This document shows, one piece after another, positions 34,915-44,725 of a DNA stretch of 64,000 bases. Below the pieces are notes generated by a model. That model had not been told where the DNA came from. It was given only the letters and a program-made list of their open reading frames with translations, and searched no databases. Numbering within the stretch: position 1 is the first letter of the stretch; each line of letters opens with the position of its first letter. Source of the stretch: an uncultured Pseudomonadales bacterium (GTDB taxonomy: Bacteria > Patescibacteriota > Microgenomatia > UBA1400 > MFAQ01). The translations under genes and the position numbers were made by a program. The stretch lies in assembly GCA_964357975.1 (NCBI GenBank), contig CAYHNG010000006.1, positions 487 through 64,486 on the forward strand. The letters are read 5' to 3'.

Positions 34915-35361
34915 ATGCAACAAATCGGTCAGTTATTTGGCAAACTTTTGCCTTTCGCGGCTACTTTTGTTGCGGGGGTAGTAGCCTCTTTTGGAAGTGG
35001 ATTCGTAAGGGAATTTTTTGAAGAAAGAAATCGTGTAGCAACACATAAAAGAAATGTTGCCAGGCACGTACTTAAGATATGTATTGAGGCAAGTACTAAT
35101 AACTTTAGGTGTTATCCATATGAGAAAATCGAGAGTATTCATTCGGTGCTTGTTGACCTTGAAGGAATAAATAATCAAATTGAGAAAGAATTAACTCAAT
35201 TTGTTGGTTTATGGAGAACAATTTCAGAATTGTATTTAAAGTCTTGGTTGAATATGGAAGGCAAGGAACATCTTTCGGAGTCTCTTAAATCGATAGAAAG
35301 AAAACGAAAAATACTTATTTTATGGGCAAATAGCCTTAGAGTAGGAAGAAACCTGTCCTAA
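34915..35361 (+). CDS. hypothetical protein (148 aa), first gene of the AT-rich island, starts 5 nt after the tRNA
   Basis: ORF with an N-terminal hydrophobic helix. AT-rich codon usage differs from the flanking core genes. Confidence 0.45.
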   Translation: MQQIGQLFGKLLPFAATFVAGVVASFGSGFVREFFEERNRVATHKRNVARHVLKICIEASTNNFRCYPYEKIESIHSVLVDLEGINNQIEKELTQFVGLWRTISELYLKSWLNMEGKEHLSESLKSIERKRKILILWANSLRVGRNLS

Positions 35362-35687
35362 ACGTTCTTTTCTTGGGGTAAATATTTGGAGATTGCTTGC
35401 CTGAACACTTCTGCAAGACTTTGGCCGTTTTCTTCTGCGATTGCTTTTAATGCAGCAATTTGTTTACCTTGTAATTGAACGCTAACCCTTTCAATGCTAT
35501 TCATGGCGGACGCAATAAGCTGTCGCGCTTCCTGCTCTGTGTCGTATAGAACATCCCTCTTCCAAGTAACTATTTGGTCAATAGTCTTATTTCCTTCGTG
35601 AATATATATGTGAACCTTAGGAACCCATTTTGTTTTTCCCTCAATATCTACTTTATAAGGTTTAGGTGTAATGGTGTATCTACTCAT
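35358..35687 (-). CDS. hypothetical protein with C-terminal ribbon-helix-helix (CopG/Arc-like) motif
   Basis: The C-terminus VSVQLQGKQIAALKAIAEENGQSLAEVFRQAISKYL fits a beta-strand plus two helices RHH pattern. Confidence 0.45.
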   Translation of the reverse strand: MSRYTITPKPYKVDIEGKTKWVPKVHIYIHEGNKTIDQIVTWKRDVLYDTEQEARQLIASAMNSIERVSVQLQGKQIAALKAIAEENGQSLAEVFRQAISKYLPQEKNV

Positions 35688-35847
35688 ACCTGTTATTGTA
35701 TCATGATGACATTAGCCTTTTCGTCTTATAAATTCCTCCCATATAATACTATCAACCAGATTAACAAAACATACTTTACAAAACCTCTTAGTGATTTGCC
35801 GGGCTACTAAGTGTTTTTATATCATTTTCAGTGGGCAGGCTCATTTG

Positions 35848-36117
35848 TTACAGATTTTCAACTGTTGATAAAGATGTGCCAGATACTGTTCCAGATGCGG
35901 TCACATAATCTATAGGTGATATATTGTTTTGATAGTCATTGTTTTGTTCTGGATGTTTTGGATTGAATGACGAAATATAACAAGACATGTTTACGGGATA
36001 AGGTAGATCAATATAATTGCCGTCATCTAATTGAGGAAATGCCATACAACCATCTCCAACGTTCTTCGAAACAAGGGCAATACCCACGAGTGCGGATATT
36101 GTTAATTTTCTGTCCAC
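35848..36117 (-). CDS. small secreted hypothetical protein (89 aa)
   Basis: Signal-peptide-like N-terminus. Overlaps the hsdM-S start by 16 nt. Confidence 0.4.
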   Translation of the reverse strand: MDRKLTISALVGIALVSKNVGDGCMAFPQLDDGNYIDLPYPVNMSCYISSFNPKHPEQNNDYQNNISPIDYVTASGTVSGTSLSTVENL

Positions 36118-38627
36118 AATCTTTCGATTTTTTCTTTGATTTTTAGTTGGTATATTTCGATTAGTTTTTTATTACCTTCGACCAGTTTTCGCTCAGCTTC
36201 TATCTTTTCCACTATTTGTTTTTGAATTTCAATAGGAGGAAGAGGTATGTCGACTTGTTTAAGCTTAATAATAGTTAGAGCCTTGTATGCACCACCAACA
36301 GTTAATTCGTTTATGGTTCTGAACAAGCTATCGATTACCAATTGTATAAAGTTTGAATCAGCCCGAATATTTTTTAACCACAGCAAGTTTCCATCCTTGA
36401 AATAAAACTCCCGATTATCGGGTACAACCCATGAATATCCAATGGTACCGACTGCCGAAACCAATATATCACCTTGCTTGGGAACATCATATTTTTTTGA
36501 TATTTCTTGGTATTTATTTCTAGAAATATACAAATCTATGGTTATTTGTTTGCCAAGATACATCTCCACGATTTCCTTTGTACGATAGAATGGAATACCT
36601 TCTGGAACATACTCGTTTTGAAAGATTCTTTTACTTGAAGTAACTTCAGCAATATCAACTAGTTTTTTTATTTCCCATTTTGGACCGATATCAATTTTGG
36701 GTTTCCAACTAGATACGATTTGTTTTGCAGCGCCGATTATGTTTTGATAACTGTCCAGAACGGCCACAATCTGTTTTTGAATTTCAAGAGGTGGAACGGG
36801 GATTTTTATTGTTTTTAAACTAGCGGTGTTTATACTGGCCTGGTTGACAGCTCTTTGTGCAAAACTTCGAGCAATATTTATAAAACTGTCTGATTTAAGA
36901 ATGTGACTAGCATACTCCGGAATTACTTTTGTCCTGTCCGGTCTTAGTTTCAGCAAATTGATTCCATGTACGACTTTTTCAGATATTCCGGTGAATATGG
37001 CAGTTTTTGCCAGATGTTCAATACTATTTATGTGACTTAAAAGAATGTCTCCCTCTTGAAGAAAGTCTTTGTCTAATACTTCATCATTCGTCCACTTAGT
37101 TTTTTCCAAATTTACAGTTCCATCTGCTATGGTTTGGATTCTAGAAACTCTATATTTTCCTGTTTCATCAGTTTGTTGTACATTTTTTCCATTTTTTATT
37201 TCAGTAAACACCTCAGGAAGTGAAAGTTCTTCCCATTTTCCAGTTGAGACGATATTTGTGACATACCTTTCTCCCATGAGAATATATCCGTTACCTTGAT
37301 TAATTTTATCTGTATTGACATAAATAGCCTTTTTACTCTCTACCTTTTGACTTTTTTTCCAAATATTTATTATTTTTAAAGTATCTGGAAGGTCATTTTT
37401 GTCTAATGACTTTCTCTGTGCACCAAGATCGAAGCCGTCATTTTCGACTTTAACAAATAGGATTTCATCATAATTATCCTTCTTCGATTTATCAAAGAAT
37501 AGAATACTAGTTTTTACACCAGCATAAGGATTAAATACACCCGATGGCAGTGATACAACGCACCAGAGACCAGCATCCTCGACTAGAATTTGTCGAATTT
37601 TTTTATGAGCTGTTGTTGAGCTAAATACAACACCTTCAGGAACAATTACTCCGGCTCTTCCATTTTGAGACAGATGGTCAACAATATATTTGAGGAACAA
37701 AACTTCTGTAGCTCTTGTATTCATCCTCAAATCTTCACTAACACTGTCTTGATCCAATGCGCCAGCAAAAGGAGGGTTAGCAAGAATAATGTCCCATTTT
37801 GTTCTATCTCCCGCAGTATCCACTAAAGTATTCTGCCTTTTGATATTTGGGTGTTCTAGCTTGTGAAGATAAAGATTCATTAAACCAAACTTAAACATGT
37901 CAGAATCACTATCAAAACCCGTGAATGTGTGTTGAGATATAAATTTTCTCTCTTCAGGAGTAATTTTGTCCATAACCAATCTCCCTTCTATTTTTAGCTC
38001 TTCAGATGTATATTTTTCTTTTAGATGTTCATATGCTGTTACTAGGAATCCAGCCGTTCCACAGGCAGGATCAAGCACAGTTTCACCCTTTGACGGATCA
38101 ACTATGTCTACTATGAATTTGACTATGTGTCTTGGGGTCCTAAAGGACCCCAACGTACCAGATTGAGATAATTTACTAAGAAGATATTCATACATATCAC
38201 CAAAGATGTCGGTGTGTCCTGACGAAGCTTCTTCTTCTAACTCACTCATCATTTTTTCGATTTCATGAACCAACCTCCTGAGAGTTGGTTTGTCGAATAT
38301 CTTCACATGCGCGTCCCGGAAAAGGAGGCGGATAGTTTGATCTGTCGCCAGCTCAGGAAGTTTACGGAAAATTTCTTCAAGGGTGGTAAATAGAACTTCG
38401 GCGTTTAGAACAAGAAGATTGTTCCAATGATATTTAGCCAGTTCTCCAGAAAATATTTTTTCCGCAGATGAATCCAGAATCATGGCACTATCGTCTTTTT
38501 TGGAAAGAGACCGAAGAAATACAAGATAATTTATTTGCTCGATAATTGTGGCGTGACTAGCAACACCAGCACCAAACAAAATGTTCATCAAATTATCGAC
38601 TTGATTTTTGAATTCAGTTCCAGGCAT
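36102..38627 (-). CDS. Type I restriction-modification N6-adenine methyltransferase fused to specificity subunit (HsdM-HsdS fusion)
   Basis: The N-terminal roughly 480 aa carry MTase motif I LDPACGTAGFLV and motif IV NPPF. The C-terminal roughly 360 aa carry two HsdS-type conserved repeats (IKIPVPPLEIQKQIVAVLDSY... and VDIPLPPIEIQKQIVEKIEAE...) flanking two target-recognition regions. Confidence 0.8.
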   Translation of the reverse strand: MPGTEFKNQVDNLMNILFGAGVASHATIIEQINYLVFLRSLSKKDDSAMILDSSAEKIFSGELAKYHWNNLLVLNAEVLFTTLEEIFRKLPELATDQTIRLLFRDAHVKIFDKPTLRRLVHEIEKMMSELEEEASSGHTDIFGDMYEYLLSKLSQSGTLGSFRTPRHIVKFIVDIVDPSKGETVLDPACGTAGFLVTAYEHLKEKYTSEELKIEGRLVMDKITPEERKFISQHTFTGFDSDSDMFKFGLMNLYLHKLEHPNIKRQNTLVDTAGDRTKWDIILANPPFAGALDQDSVSEDLRMNTRATEVLFLKYIVDHLSQNGRAGVIVPEGVVFSSTTAHKKIRQILVEDAGLWCVVSLPSGVFNPYAGVKTSILFFDKSKKDNYDEILFVKVENDGFDLGAQRKSLDKNDLPDTLKIINIWKKSQKVESKKAIYVNTDKINQGNGYILMGERYVTNIVSTGKWEELSLPEVFTEIKNGKNVQQTDETGKYRVSRIQTIADGTVNLEKTKWTNDEVLDKDFLQEGDILLSHINSIEHLAKTAIFTGISEKVVHGINLLKLRPDRTKVIPEYASHILKSDSFINIARSFAQRAVNQASINTASLKTIKIPVPPLEIQKQIVAVLDSYQNIIGAAKQIVSSWKPKIDIGPKWEIKKLVDIAEVTSSKRIFQNEYVPEGIPFYRTKEIVEMYLGKQITIDLYISRNKYQEISKKYDVPKQGDILVSAVGTIGYSWVVPDNREFYFKDGNLLWLKNIRADSNFIQLVIDSLFRTINELTVGGAYKALTIIKLKQVDIPLPPIEIQKQIVEKIEAERKLVEGNKKLIEIYQLKIKEKIERLWTEN

Positions 38628-38630
38628 GGT

Positions 38631-41000
38631 TTATAAGTAAATTACTTTGCTGTTACTAATATCAAAAACTAGATTTTGCAATTCTTCTTTTCCAAAAGTG
38701 TTAATCCATTCCTCTGCAGAAAAACCAGTGCTGAATGGTTCTTTGAGTAGAAAATTAAGACTTGGCTTTTCTTTTAGCTCTTTTCTTAATTCCTCATTCT
38801 GAGCAACTTCATCAACAACTAGCCTGACCATAATGTGCCTTAGTTGGGAACCTCCCGAACTTATTGATCCATATTTATCTATGATTCCGTTTTTCCACTC
38901 TTGAATTTGTATTTCTTTTTCCGGTAGAGATTTTTTGCCAAGAGCTGATAGGAAGAAGTCGCGAATGGTGGCTATTACCTTATGAGATTTTGTAAGGTTA
39001 TCCTCATTGAAATAAAAATCAGGCTTGTTTAATAAATCAGAATTGATTAACTCAATCAATTCTTCTTGCTTATTCTCATCGTCAATCATTTCTTTGACTT
39101 CTGGATGTGAATCAGCAAATTGGGCAACTGCTTTGGACCATTCGTCTCGATACATTTCTTTATCTACTTTGTCTCCATCTGGGCCGTAAATGATTTGGTC
39201 GCGGACAGATACTAAATCTGGTCTGGTTATGGTTGGTTGAACTCCGTAGTCAATTATTGTTTCTTCACCTGTGAAAGTTATGGCCATGTCTCTCCCGCCA
39301 GATTCTATCCTGTGCTTAGCTTCTATTTGTCTGGGTAAGTCAAGAGGAGCTTCCCAATCATAGGCTTCCTCAAAATATTCACAGACTCCACAAAAATCAA
39401 AAATTACAAATTGTTGTTTGTTTATTTCTTTACACAAGCGAGTACCCCTGCCTTTTATTTGCTGATATAAAGTTGGCTCAAAAACAGGACGGGCGAGAAC
39501 AATGTTTTGTGCTTCAGGAGCGTCGAATCCGGTTGTAAGCATATCTACCGATACGGCTATTCTGGGAAGTTTCGTGTCGATGTTTCTAAAATCTTTGGCT
39601 AGTTCGTGAGCCTCTTTTACATAACTAGTTATGGTTTGAGCAAAACGACCATTGTATTCTGGCCTTAGTTTGTTGAGAATTTTTTCGAGATTGAGTGCAT
39701 GGGTTTGGTTGACAGCAAAGACGATTGTTTTCCCAATTTCACCAGTTGGAGTTTTTTCAGCATATTCCAACAACTCTTTCATCATTAATTCATTTCTTTG
39801 GGGAATAAAGACTTTTTTCTCAAGATCACTGATTTTGTAGTTTTCGCTTTCGTAATCTCCTTCACCTGCTAGCCCTGTTTCTCCAAGTGATTCTTGGGTA
39901 AGCATGGATGTCATTTTGTGAAGTTTAGCTGGAACAAGGAAACCATCTTTGACGCCATCTTGGATGTTGTAGCGGAATGTGGCCTGACCTTTTTCACAGT
40001 CAAAATACTTGTAGGTATCTCTTTGTAGTCTTAACTCTACTGAGCGAGGATCGGTTTGCGCAAGTTTACTAACATCAATGTTTTTTAGGAAGTCCTTTGG
40101 AGTCGCGGTCAATCCAATTTTTGTAACTCCAACAAAATAATCCATGACACCTCGTGCTTCTGGTGAGTAAATACTGCGATGTGCTTCGTCGTGAATAATT
40201 AGGTCAAAATATCCAGGGGTAAAGACATCTCGACCATGAGAAATTAACGACTGAATTGTGGCTACAACAATATTTGCACCAGTTAGATTTTTCTTTGATC
40301 CACCCCAATAAGTAGCAACCGCAGATAGATTTCCAAGAAGTTTTTCAAAGGTCCCCTTACTTTGTCTGGCTAGTTCGATACGATCAACGACAAAGAGAAT
40401 AGTTTGAGCTTGATTAGTTTTCAGAAATTTGGAAATTATTAGCGAAGCAAGAACCGTTTTCCCTGTTCCAGTTGCCATTTCCAAAAGAAATGCTCGTTTG
40501 CCTTCATCGTATTCTTTTGCGATGGCGTTATATGCTTCAATTTGATAAGGGCGGAGTTTAATATCTTGGTTAACATCCCAAAAATAGTTTTCTTCGACTG
40601 ATTTTTGGGTGAGGGGTTCGACATTTCCTAGATTTCTCGATTGTCTTTTTCTAGTTAAGTCGTCTTGAGAAAAGAAAACGGGAACTGGCAGGGCATCGCC
40701 GCCTGTTTGAAAGTCCCAAAGATAGATAATATGGTCGTTAGCCAAAAAGATGAAGTCTATTTTCCCCTTGTATTGTGTATCGGCGTAGTTTAGAGCTTGT
40801 TGTTTGGCTGAGTAAGGATCGATGTCTGGCTTTTTAGCTTCAATAAGGGCAAGTGGTCGACCGAGTTTATCTTTCAAGACATAATCAGCTCTACCAGCGG
40901 CCCCATGATCCTCGAACACTACTTGATTTTGGTCAAGAATATCCCAACCTGCTTCTTTTAGTTTTTGATCAATTACAGCTCTGGAGTATGCTTCACCCAT
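38631..41000 (-). CDS. hsdR: Type I restriction enzyme R subunit (compact HsdR)
   Basis: N-terminal PD-(D/E)xK nuclease motif ADYVL...LIEAKK, and SF2 helicase motifs LLEMATGTGKT, IHDEAHRS, LTATPK and QIKGRGTR. Only 789 aa. Confidence 0.8.
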   Translation of the reverse strand: MGEAYSRAVIDQKLKEAGWDILDQNQVVFEDHGAAGRADYVLKDKLGRPLALIEAKKPDIDPYSAKQQALNYADTQYKGKIDFIFLANDHIIYLWDFQTGGDALPVPVFFSQDDLTRKRQSRNLGNVEPLTQKSVEENYFWDVNQDIKLRPYQIEAYNAIAKEYDEGKRAFLLEMATGTGKTVLASLIISKFLKTNQAQTILFVVDRIELARQSKGTFEKLLGNLSAVATYWGGSKKNLTGANIVVATIQSLISHGRDVFTPGYFDLIIHDEAHRSIYSPEARGVMDYFVGVTKIGLTATPKDFLKNIDVSKLAQTDPRSVELRLQRDTYKYFDCEKGQATFRYNIQDGVKDGFLVPAKLHKMTSMLTQESLGETGLAGEGDYESENYKISDLEKKVFIPQRNELMMKELLEYAEKTPTGEIGKTIVFAVNQTHALNLEKILNKLRPEYNGRFAQTITSYVKEAHELAKDFRNIDTKLPRIAVSVDMLTTGFDAPEAQNIVLARPVFEPTLYQQIKGRGTRLCKEINKQQFVIFDFCGVCEYFEEAYDWEAPLDLPRQIEAKHRIESGGRDMAITFTGEETIIDYGVQPTITRPDLVSVRDQIIYGPDGDKVDKEMYRDEWSKAVAQFADSHPEVKEMIDDENKQEELIELINSDLLNKPDFYFNEDNLTKSHKVIATIRDFFLSALGKKSLPEKEIQIQEWKNGIIDKYGSISSGGSQLRHIMVRLVVDEVAQNEELRKELKEKPSLNFLLKEPFSTGFSAEEWINTFGKEELQNLVFDISNSKVIYL

Positions 41001-41074
41001 ATGGGTTTATTTTATCCCAAATATGAACCGAAAAGCAGTATATAACGAAGTCGTGCTATATTATCCCTTAAGGA

Positions 41075-41494
41075 ATGACTTATACCATTGATACAACCAA
41101 AGCTCCCCAGCAAACTAAGGAGAAAAAAGCTGGTGCTTCCATAAGCACAAAAGCTGATAGTGCATACGATTTAATTTCTCCCGTGTTGACAGAAAAGGCT
41201 CTAAAAAACATTGATGTTGTAAGGATGATCATTAACGAGAGACACAAGTTACTCGCAGAGAACACAGAACTCAAGGAATATCGAGATAATTTTTTTTCGG
41301 CCGAGCGTGAAAAGGTTGTTCTTGTTGAAAAACTAAAAACCTTCAATGCATTTGATGTGCTTTCAATTGGTACAATTACTGTAGGCTCACTTCTGGCAGG
41401 ATCATCATTGAATCCAATGAATGGCACGTTGTTCTCTATCGGCTTTTTGTTTATTATTGTTGGTGTCGTAGCTAAGGTGGTTAAAGCTAAATGA
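41075..41494 (+). CDS. hypothetical protein with C-terminal TM helix (139 aa)
   Basis: Coiled-coil-like N-terminal region and a hydrophobic C-terminal segment. Divergent from hsdR. Confidence 0.45.
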   Translation: MTYTIDTTKAPQQTKEKKAGASISTKADSAYDLISPVLTEKALKNIDVVRMIINERHKLLAENTELKEYRDNFFSAEREKVVLVEKLKTFNAFDVLSIGTITVGSLLAGSSLNPMNGTLFSIGFLFIIVGVVAKVVKAK

Positions 41495-41847
41495 ATATAA
41501 AAATAATAAAAATTAACGATGCTGGGAATCTACCTAACGAAAGAATTGTCCTTAAATCGTTAACGGATATTGATGTTGGCCGATTTGGAATTTTCAGAAC
41601 CGGAATTGGTACTTCAGGAATTACTAATAAAGTTCACAATGCATACTGGTTCCCCGATCAATTGACGCGAGCGGGTGATCTCGTGGTTTTGTATACAAAA
41701 AGTGGTGTTTCCTCAAGTGTAAAAAATAAAGACGGTTCCACAACTTTCTTTTATTATTGGGGTTTGTCATCTACCATCTGGAATGATGAAAATAAAGGAT
41801 CTGTTGTTGTCGCAATTCCCACTTGGAGCGTTTTTCAAAGAGAGTAA
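41491..41847 (+). CDS. hypothetical protein (118 aa)
   Basis: 4-nt overlap with the upstream ORF. No motif recognised. Confidence 0.45.
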   Translation: MNIKIIKINDAGNLPNERIVLKSLTDIDVGRFGIFRTGIGTSGITNKVHNAYWFPDQLTRAGDLVVLYTKSGVSSSVKNKDGSTTFFYYWGLSSTIWNDENKGSVVVAIPTWSVFQRE

Positions 41848-41957
41848 TTAGGTATATTCTGAAGTTCTATGAATGCCCGCGAAGCAAGCGCTTGGCCGAT
41901 AGGTCAAATGCTGTCTAAACGGCCAAGCGGCTCTTTGTGTGACCCAGAGTGTAAGAT

Positions 41958-43043
41958 ATGGATATGTCCAAATACATCCTAACTAGTGATGGAAAGATTC
42001 ACGTAAGAACTGATAACGTGAGTTTGTTTGATGTTGATGAGAAGTTTGAAGAAGCGGCCAGGTATATTATTTCTGAAGGTAAAGGATCAGCTTCACTGCT
42101 ACAAAGAAGGTTGGAGGTTGGATACGCAAGGGCAGCGAGAATATTGGGTCAACTTGAGCAAGCAGGAATTCTTGGATCATCTGAGGGAAACAAACCGAGA
42201 GAAGTGATTATTGGTTCGTTTGATGAATTTATAAAAAGTGATGGAAAAGAGGCAGGACTAGAAGAAGTATTTCCTGAGGATATTAAGAAGGAGTGGGCAC
42301 CTAAAGAGATTTCAGATACAGCATTGTCAAATCTACAAAATGAAGCCTTAAGTGTGGAGGGAATAATAATTCCGGTGGGATTGGAGAAAAAGAGAATGGT
42401 TTCTGCTTCACTTGATAATCTGGGTCATATCTATATTTTTAATAGCCCAATGTGCAACTCTGTTGGGCTTCTGAAATCTCAACTGGAGTTTTTGACCAAT
42501 ACTTATGGCCCTGATGTACTTAAGCTGATTGTGAGTGATGATACTAGACTGTTTTCGAACTCTACGATTGCCGACTCGCCTCACATGCTGACTCCGATTA
42601 TTTACGACCAGAGCAAAATACAGAATGCACTTGGTTGGGTGAGCGCTGAGATCGAAAGAAGATTCCGAATTCTTCAAGAGACTGGCTTTAGTAGTATTGA
42701 TGCTTATGGAAAAACTGAGAATCCCCCATTGCCCAGAATTGTTTGTGTTATTAGTAGTACTTCTAACAGACTGGCATATAATGAGGACTGTCATTATGGA
42801 ATTGAAAATATACTAACTTCAGGTCATTTGGTTGGCGTGCATTTGATTGTTGCATCCCCACTACTTGAGAGGAAATTTTCAAAACTGATGACTTCATCTC
42901 CCACCAAGATTATTTTCAAAACGTTCTCGACTTCGCAAGCTGACTTACTGGGAACTGACGATGCATTTGATCTGATCAGTGGAGATGAGTTTGTATTTGT
43001 ACCGGCGTATGGTGAGATACAAAAATTGAAAGTGAATGGATAA
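41958..43043 (+). CDS. FtsK-derived protein: N-terminal gamma (KOPS-binding winged-helix) domain + degenerate (Walker A/B-less) FtsK motor domain
   Basis: Residues about 25-85 (DEKFEEAARYIISEGKGSASLLQRRLEVGYARAARILGQLEQAGILGSSEGNKPREVII) align closely to E. coli FtsK-gamma (...[30 protein letters not shown]...REVL). The remainder aligns to the FtsK beta domain, but Walker A GTTGSGKS is replaced by NSPMCNS and Walker B VVVDEF by CVISST. The block after the Walker B region is retained (HLIVASPLL...). Confidence 0.7.
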   Translation: MDMSKYILTSDGKIHVRTDNVSLFDVDEKFEEAARYIISEGKGSASLLQRRLEVGYARAARILGQLEQAGILGSSEGNKPREVIIGSFDEFIKSDGKEAGLEEVFPEDIKKEWAPKEISDTALSNLQNEALSVEGIIIPVGLEKKRMVSASLDNLGHIYIFNSPMCNSVGLLKSQLEFLTNTYGPDVLKLIVSDDTRLFSNSTIADSPHMLTPIIYDQSKIQNALGWVSAEIERRFRILQETGFSSIDAYGKTENPPLPRIVCVISSTSNRLAYNEDCHYGIENILTSGHLVGVHLIVASPLLERKFSKLMTSSPTKIIFKTFSTSQADLLGTDDAFDLISGDEFVFVPAYGEIQKLKVNG

Positions 43044-43704
43044 GGGGATGTGGGACAAGTTGACGAATACTAATTGGTGGGAGAAGTTTCTGAAGTTTGT
43101 GTTTGAAGGATTGAGAAATATATTAGTTTTGGTGGGTAGTTTAATTGTTAGGTTTCAAGCATATGTTCATAGCGGTGAGTGGACGAAGCAACATTTGTCT
43201 TTTGTTAAGGAGGGAAATAAATTTAGATTGGTAGTAAAAAGTCATAATGATTTTGTGGATGAGGTGAAGATAGAAATAGCTAAATACAGAGGAAAGAGAT
43301 GGGGTAAAAAGTTTATAAAGTTCGTTTTGGAACAGGCATTGTCAGGGTGTAACTTTGTAGTAATTGAGAGTGACAATGTGTTTGTACAGTTTTGGACAGG
43401 GAGAGGCAGACTGGAGATGGATATACCACTGGTGAAGGGAAATGGTTTGAAAAAGTTTTATTACACTGTAATTGGTTTACTGACTGATATGAATTACTTC
43501 AAGTATCCGTTTACTAGAACTGGCATTCCTACTATCCTCAAAGTGCCAGAACATTTTACTTTTCGAGTAGATGAGGAGGAAGGTTTTACTAAAGTGATTG
43601 GCTTTTTTGATAAGCGGACAGATCAGGCAGTGGAGTTTGTGGACAGATTGTTTCGAGAAGTTTATGAGGTGAAGAATAAGGTGCTAGAGATTAAGGTGGG
43701 TTAG
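43036..43704 (+). CDS. hypothetical protein (222 aa)
   Basis: 8-nt overlap with the FtsK-like gene. N-terminal hydrophobic helix. No motif recognised. Confidence 0.45.
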   Translation: MDKGMWDKLTNTNWWEKFLKFVFEGLRNILVLVGSLIVRFQAYVHSGEWTKQHLSFVKEGNKFRLVVKSHNDFVDEVKIEIAKYRGKRWGKKFIKFVLEQALSGCNFVVIESDNVFVQFWTGRGRLEMDIPLVKGNGLKKFYYTVIGLLTDMNYFKYPFTRTGIPTILKVPEHFTFRVDEEEGFTKVIGFFDKRTDQAVEFVDRLFREVYEVKNKVLEIKVG

Positions 43705-43796
43705 CAACGCAATATGTGTATCAACTACGCATTGATTTAGTTAATATCTATCCCTATACTTGGCGTGTTCTTTAATTTATCGAAGAGGAGGATATC

Positions 43797-44456
43797 ATGG
43801 CGAGATTTTGTGGGGTCTGTAAGGGTTCTGGTTGGGTAGGTGCTCGTACTGATTTCGGACATAAACCAGGAGGACCATGTAGAGTCTGCGGAGGTTCTGG
43901 ATATGATCAGCGGTGGGGAGAAAAAATGTGTCGAGGTTGTTCCAATATGATTGAATACCGATACGACTGGTCAAATGTTCCTGAATATTGCCCAAGTTGT
44001 AAAAGCGATCAATATAAAACGTGCGCAAATTCTCATTGTGGTGGAACAGTAAGATATAAGAAATTTTGGGATAACATTCCAGATTATTGCTCCACTTGTA
44101 AGGGGTGGTACGAGTTGCCTTGTGAAAACACACATTGTCGTGGCACAAATCGTGTACACGCAAGCTGGACTAATGTTTCAAAATACTGCAAAGCTTGTAA
44201 AGGATGGTATGAAATCCCCTGTGAGGAATGTGGATCACCTGTCAAAGCCCACTCGGATTGGAAGAATTTGCCAAAATGGTGTGATAGCTGTAAGAGTAAG
44301 GGTGTTGGTAGAAAAGATTGGCGGACAAAAAACCAAGATGGTTCTGAAAGAGACCACCCTCAACAAAATATCAAAGATAAGGACACAAAGGATCATACTT
44401 ATTATGATCCGAGAAACCAAAGATCAGGAAAAGCCTCCGGAAATCGAGAAAGTTAG
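43797..44456 (+). CDS. Cys-rich protein with about five tandem zinc-ribbon repeats and a basic low-complexity tail
   Basis: GAGGAGG RBS. First motif CGVCKGSGWVG...CRVCGGSGYD (CxxCxGxG, DnaJ-zinc-finger-like), then about 32-aa repeats of the form C..C(x9-11)W.N(V/I)P.YC..CK(G)WYE.P. The tail is K/D/R/N-rich. Confidence 0.55.
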   Translation: MARFCGVCKGSGWVGARTDFGHKPGGPCRVCGGSGYDQRWGEKMCRGCSNMIEYRYDWSNVPEYCPSCKSDQYKTCANSHCGGTVRYKKFWDNIPDYCSTCKGWYELPCENTHCRGTNRVHASWTNVSKYCKACKGWYEIPCEECGSPVKAHSDWKNLPKWCDSCKSKGVGRKDWRTKNQDGSERDHPQQNIKDKDTKDHTYYDPRNQRSGKASGNRES

Positions 44457-44483
44457 TATCTGCCCCCGTAATGGGGGCATTTT

Positions 44484-44717
44484 TTGTATAATACGGGTAT
44501 GAATAAAATTGAGGTCAACATGGAATTAAATCCAATAAACTGTGAAACAAAAGGATACAAGTGGACGGGAGATGCTATTTACGATCCAGAAGCACCTGAG
44601 GAGGTTAATGAAGAGTTTGTAGAACTGACAAAGCAAGGGTACATCTTAGGTGAACCTGCCAGTACGAATACAATACAAAATGGTGGGGTTGGAGTGTATG
44701 AGCCAATAGAAAAATAA
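44484..44717 (+). CDS. hypothetical small protein (77 aa)
   Basis: ORF only. Confidence 0.35.
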   Translation: MYNTGMNKIEVNMELNPINCETKGYKWTGDAIYDPEAPEEVNEEFVELTKQGYILGEPASTNTIQNGGVGVYEPIEK

Positions 44718-44725
44718 CACTAAGC

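Noticed and set aside
34827-35021. 64-aa ORF overlapping the tRNA-Glu
   Set aside because: It runs through a well-formed tRNA gene, so it is a spurious frame.
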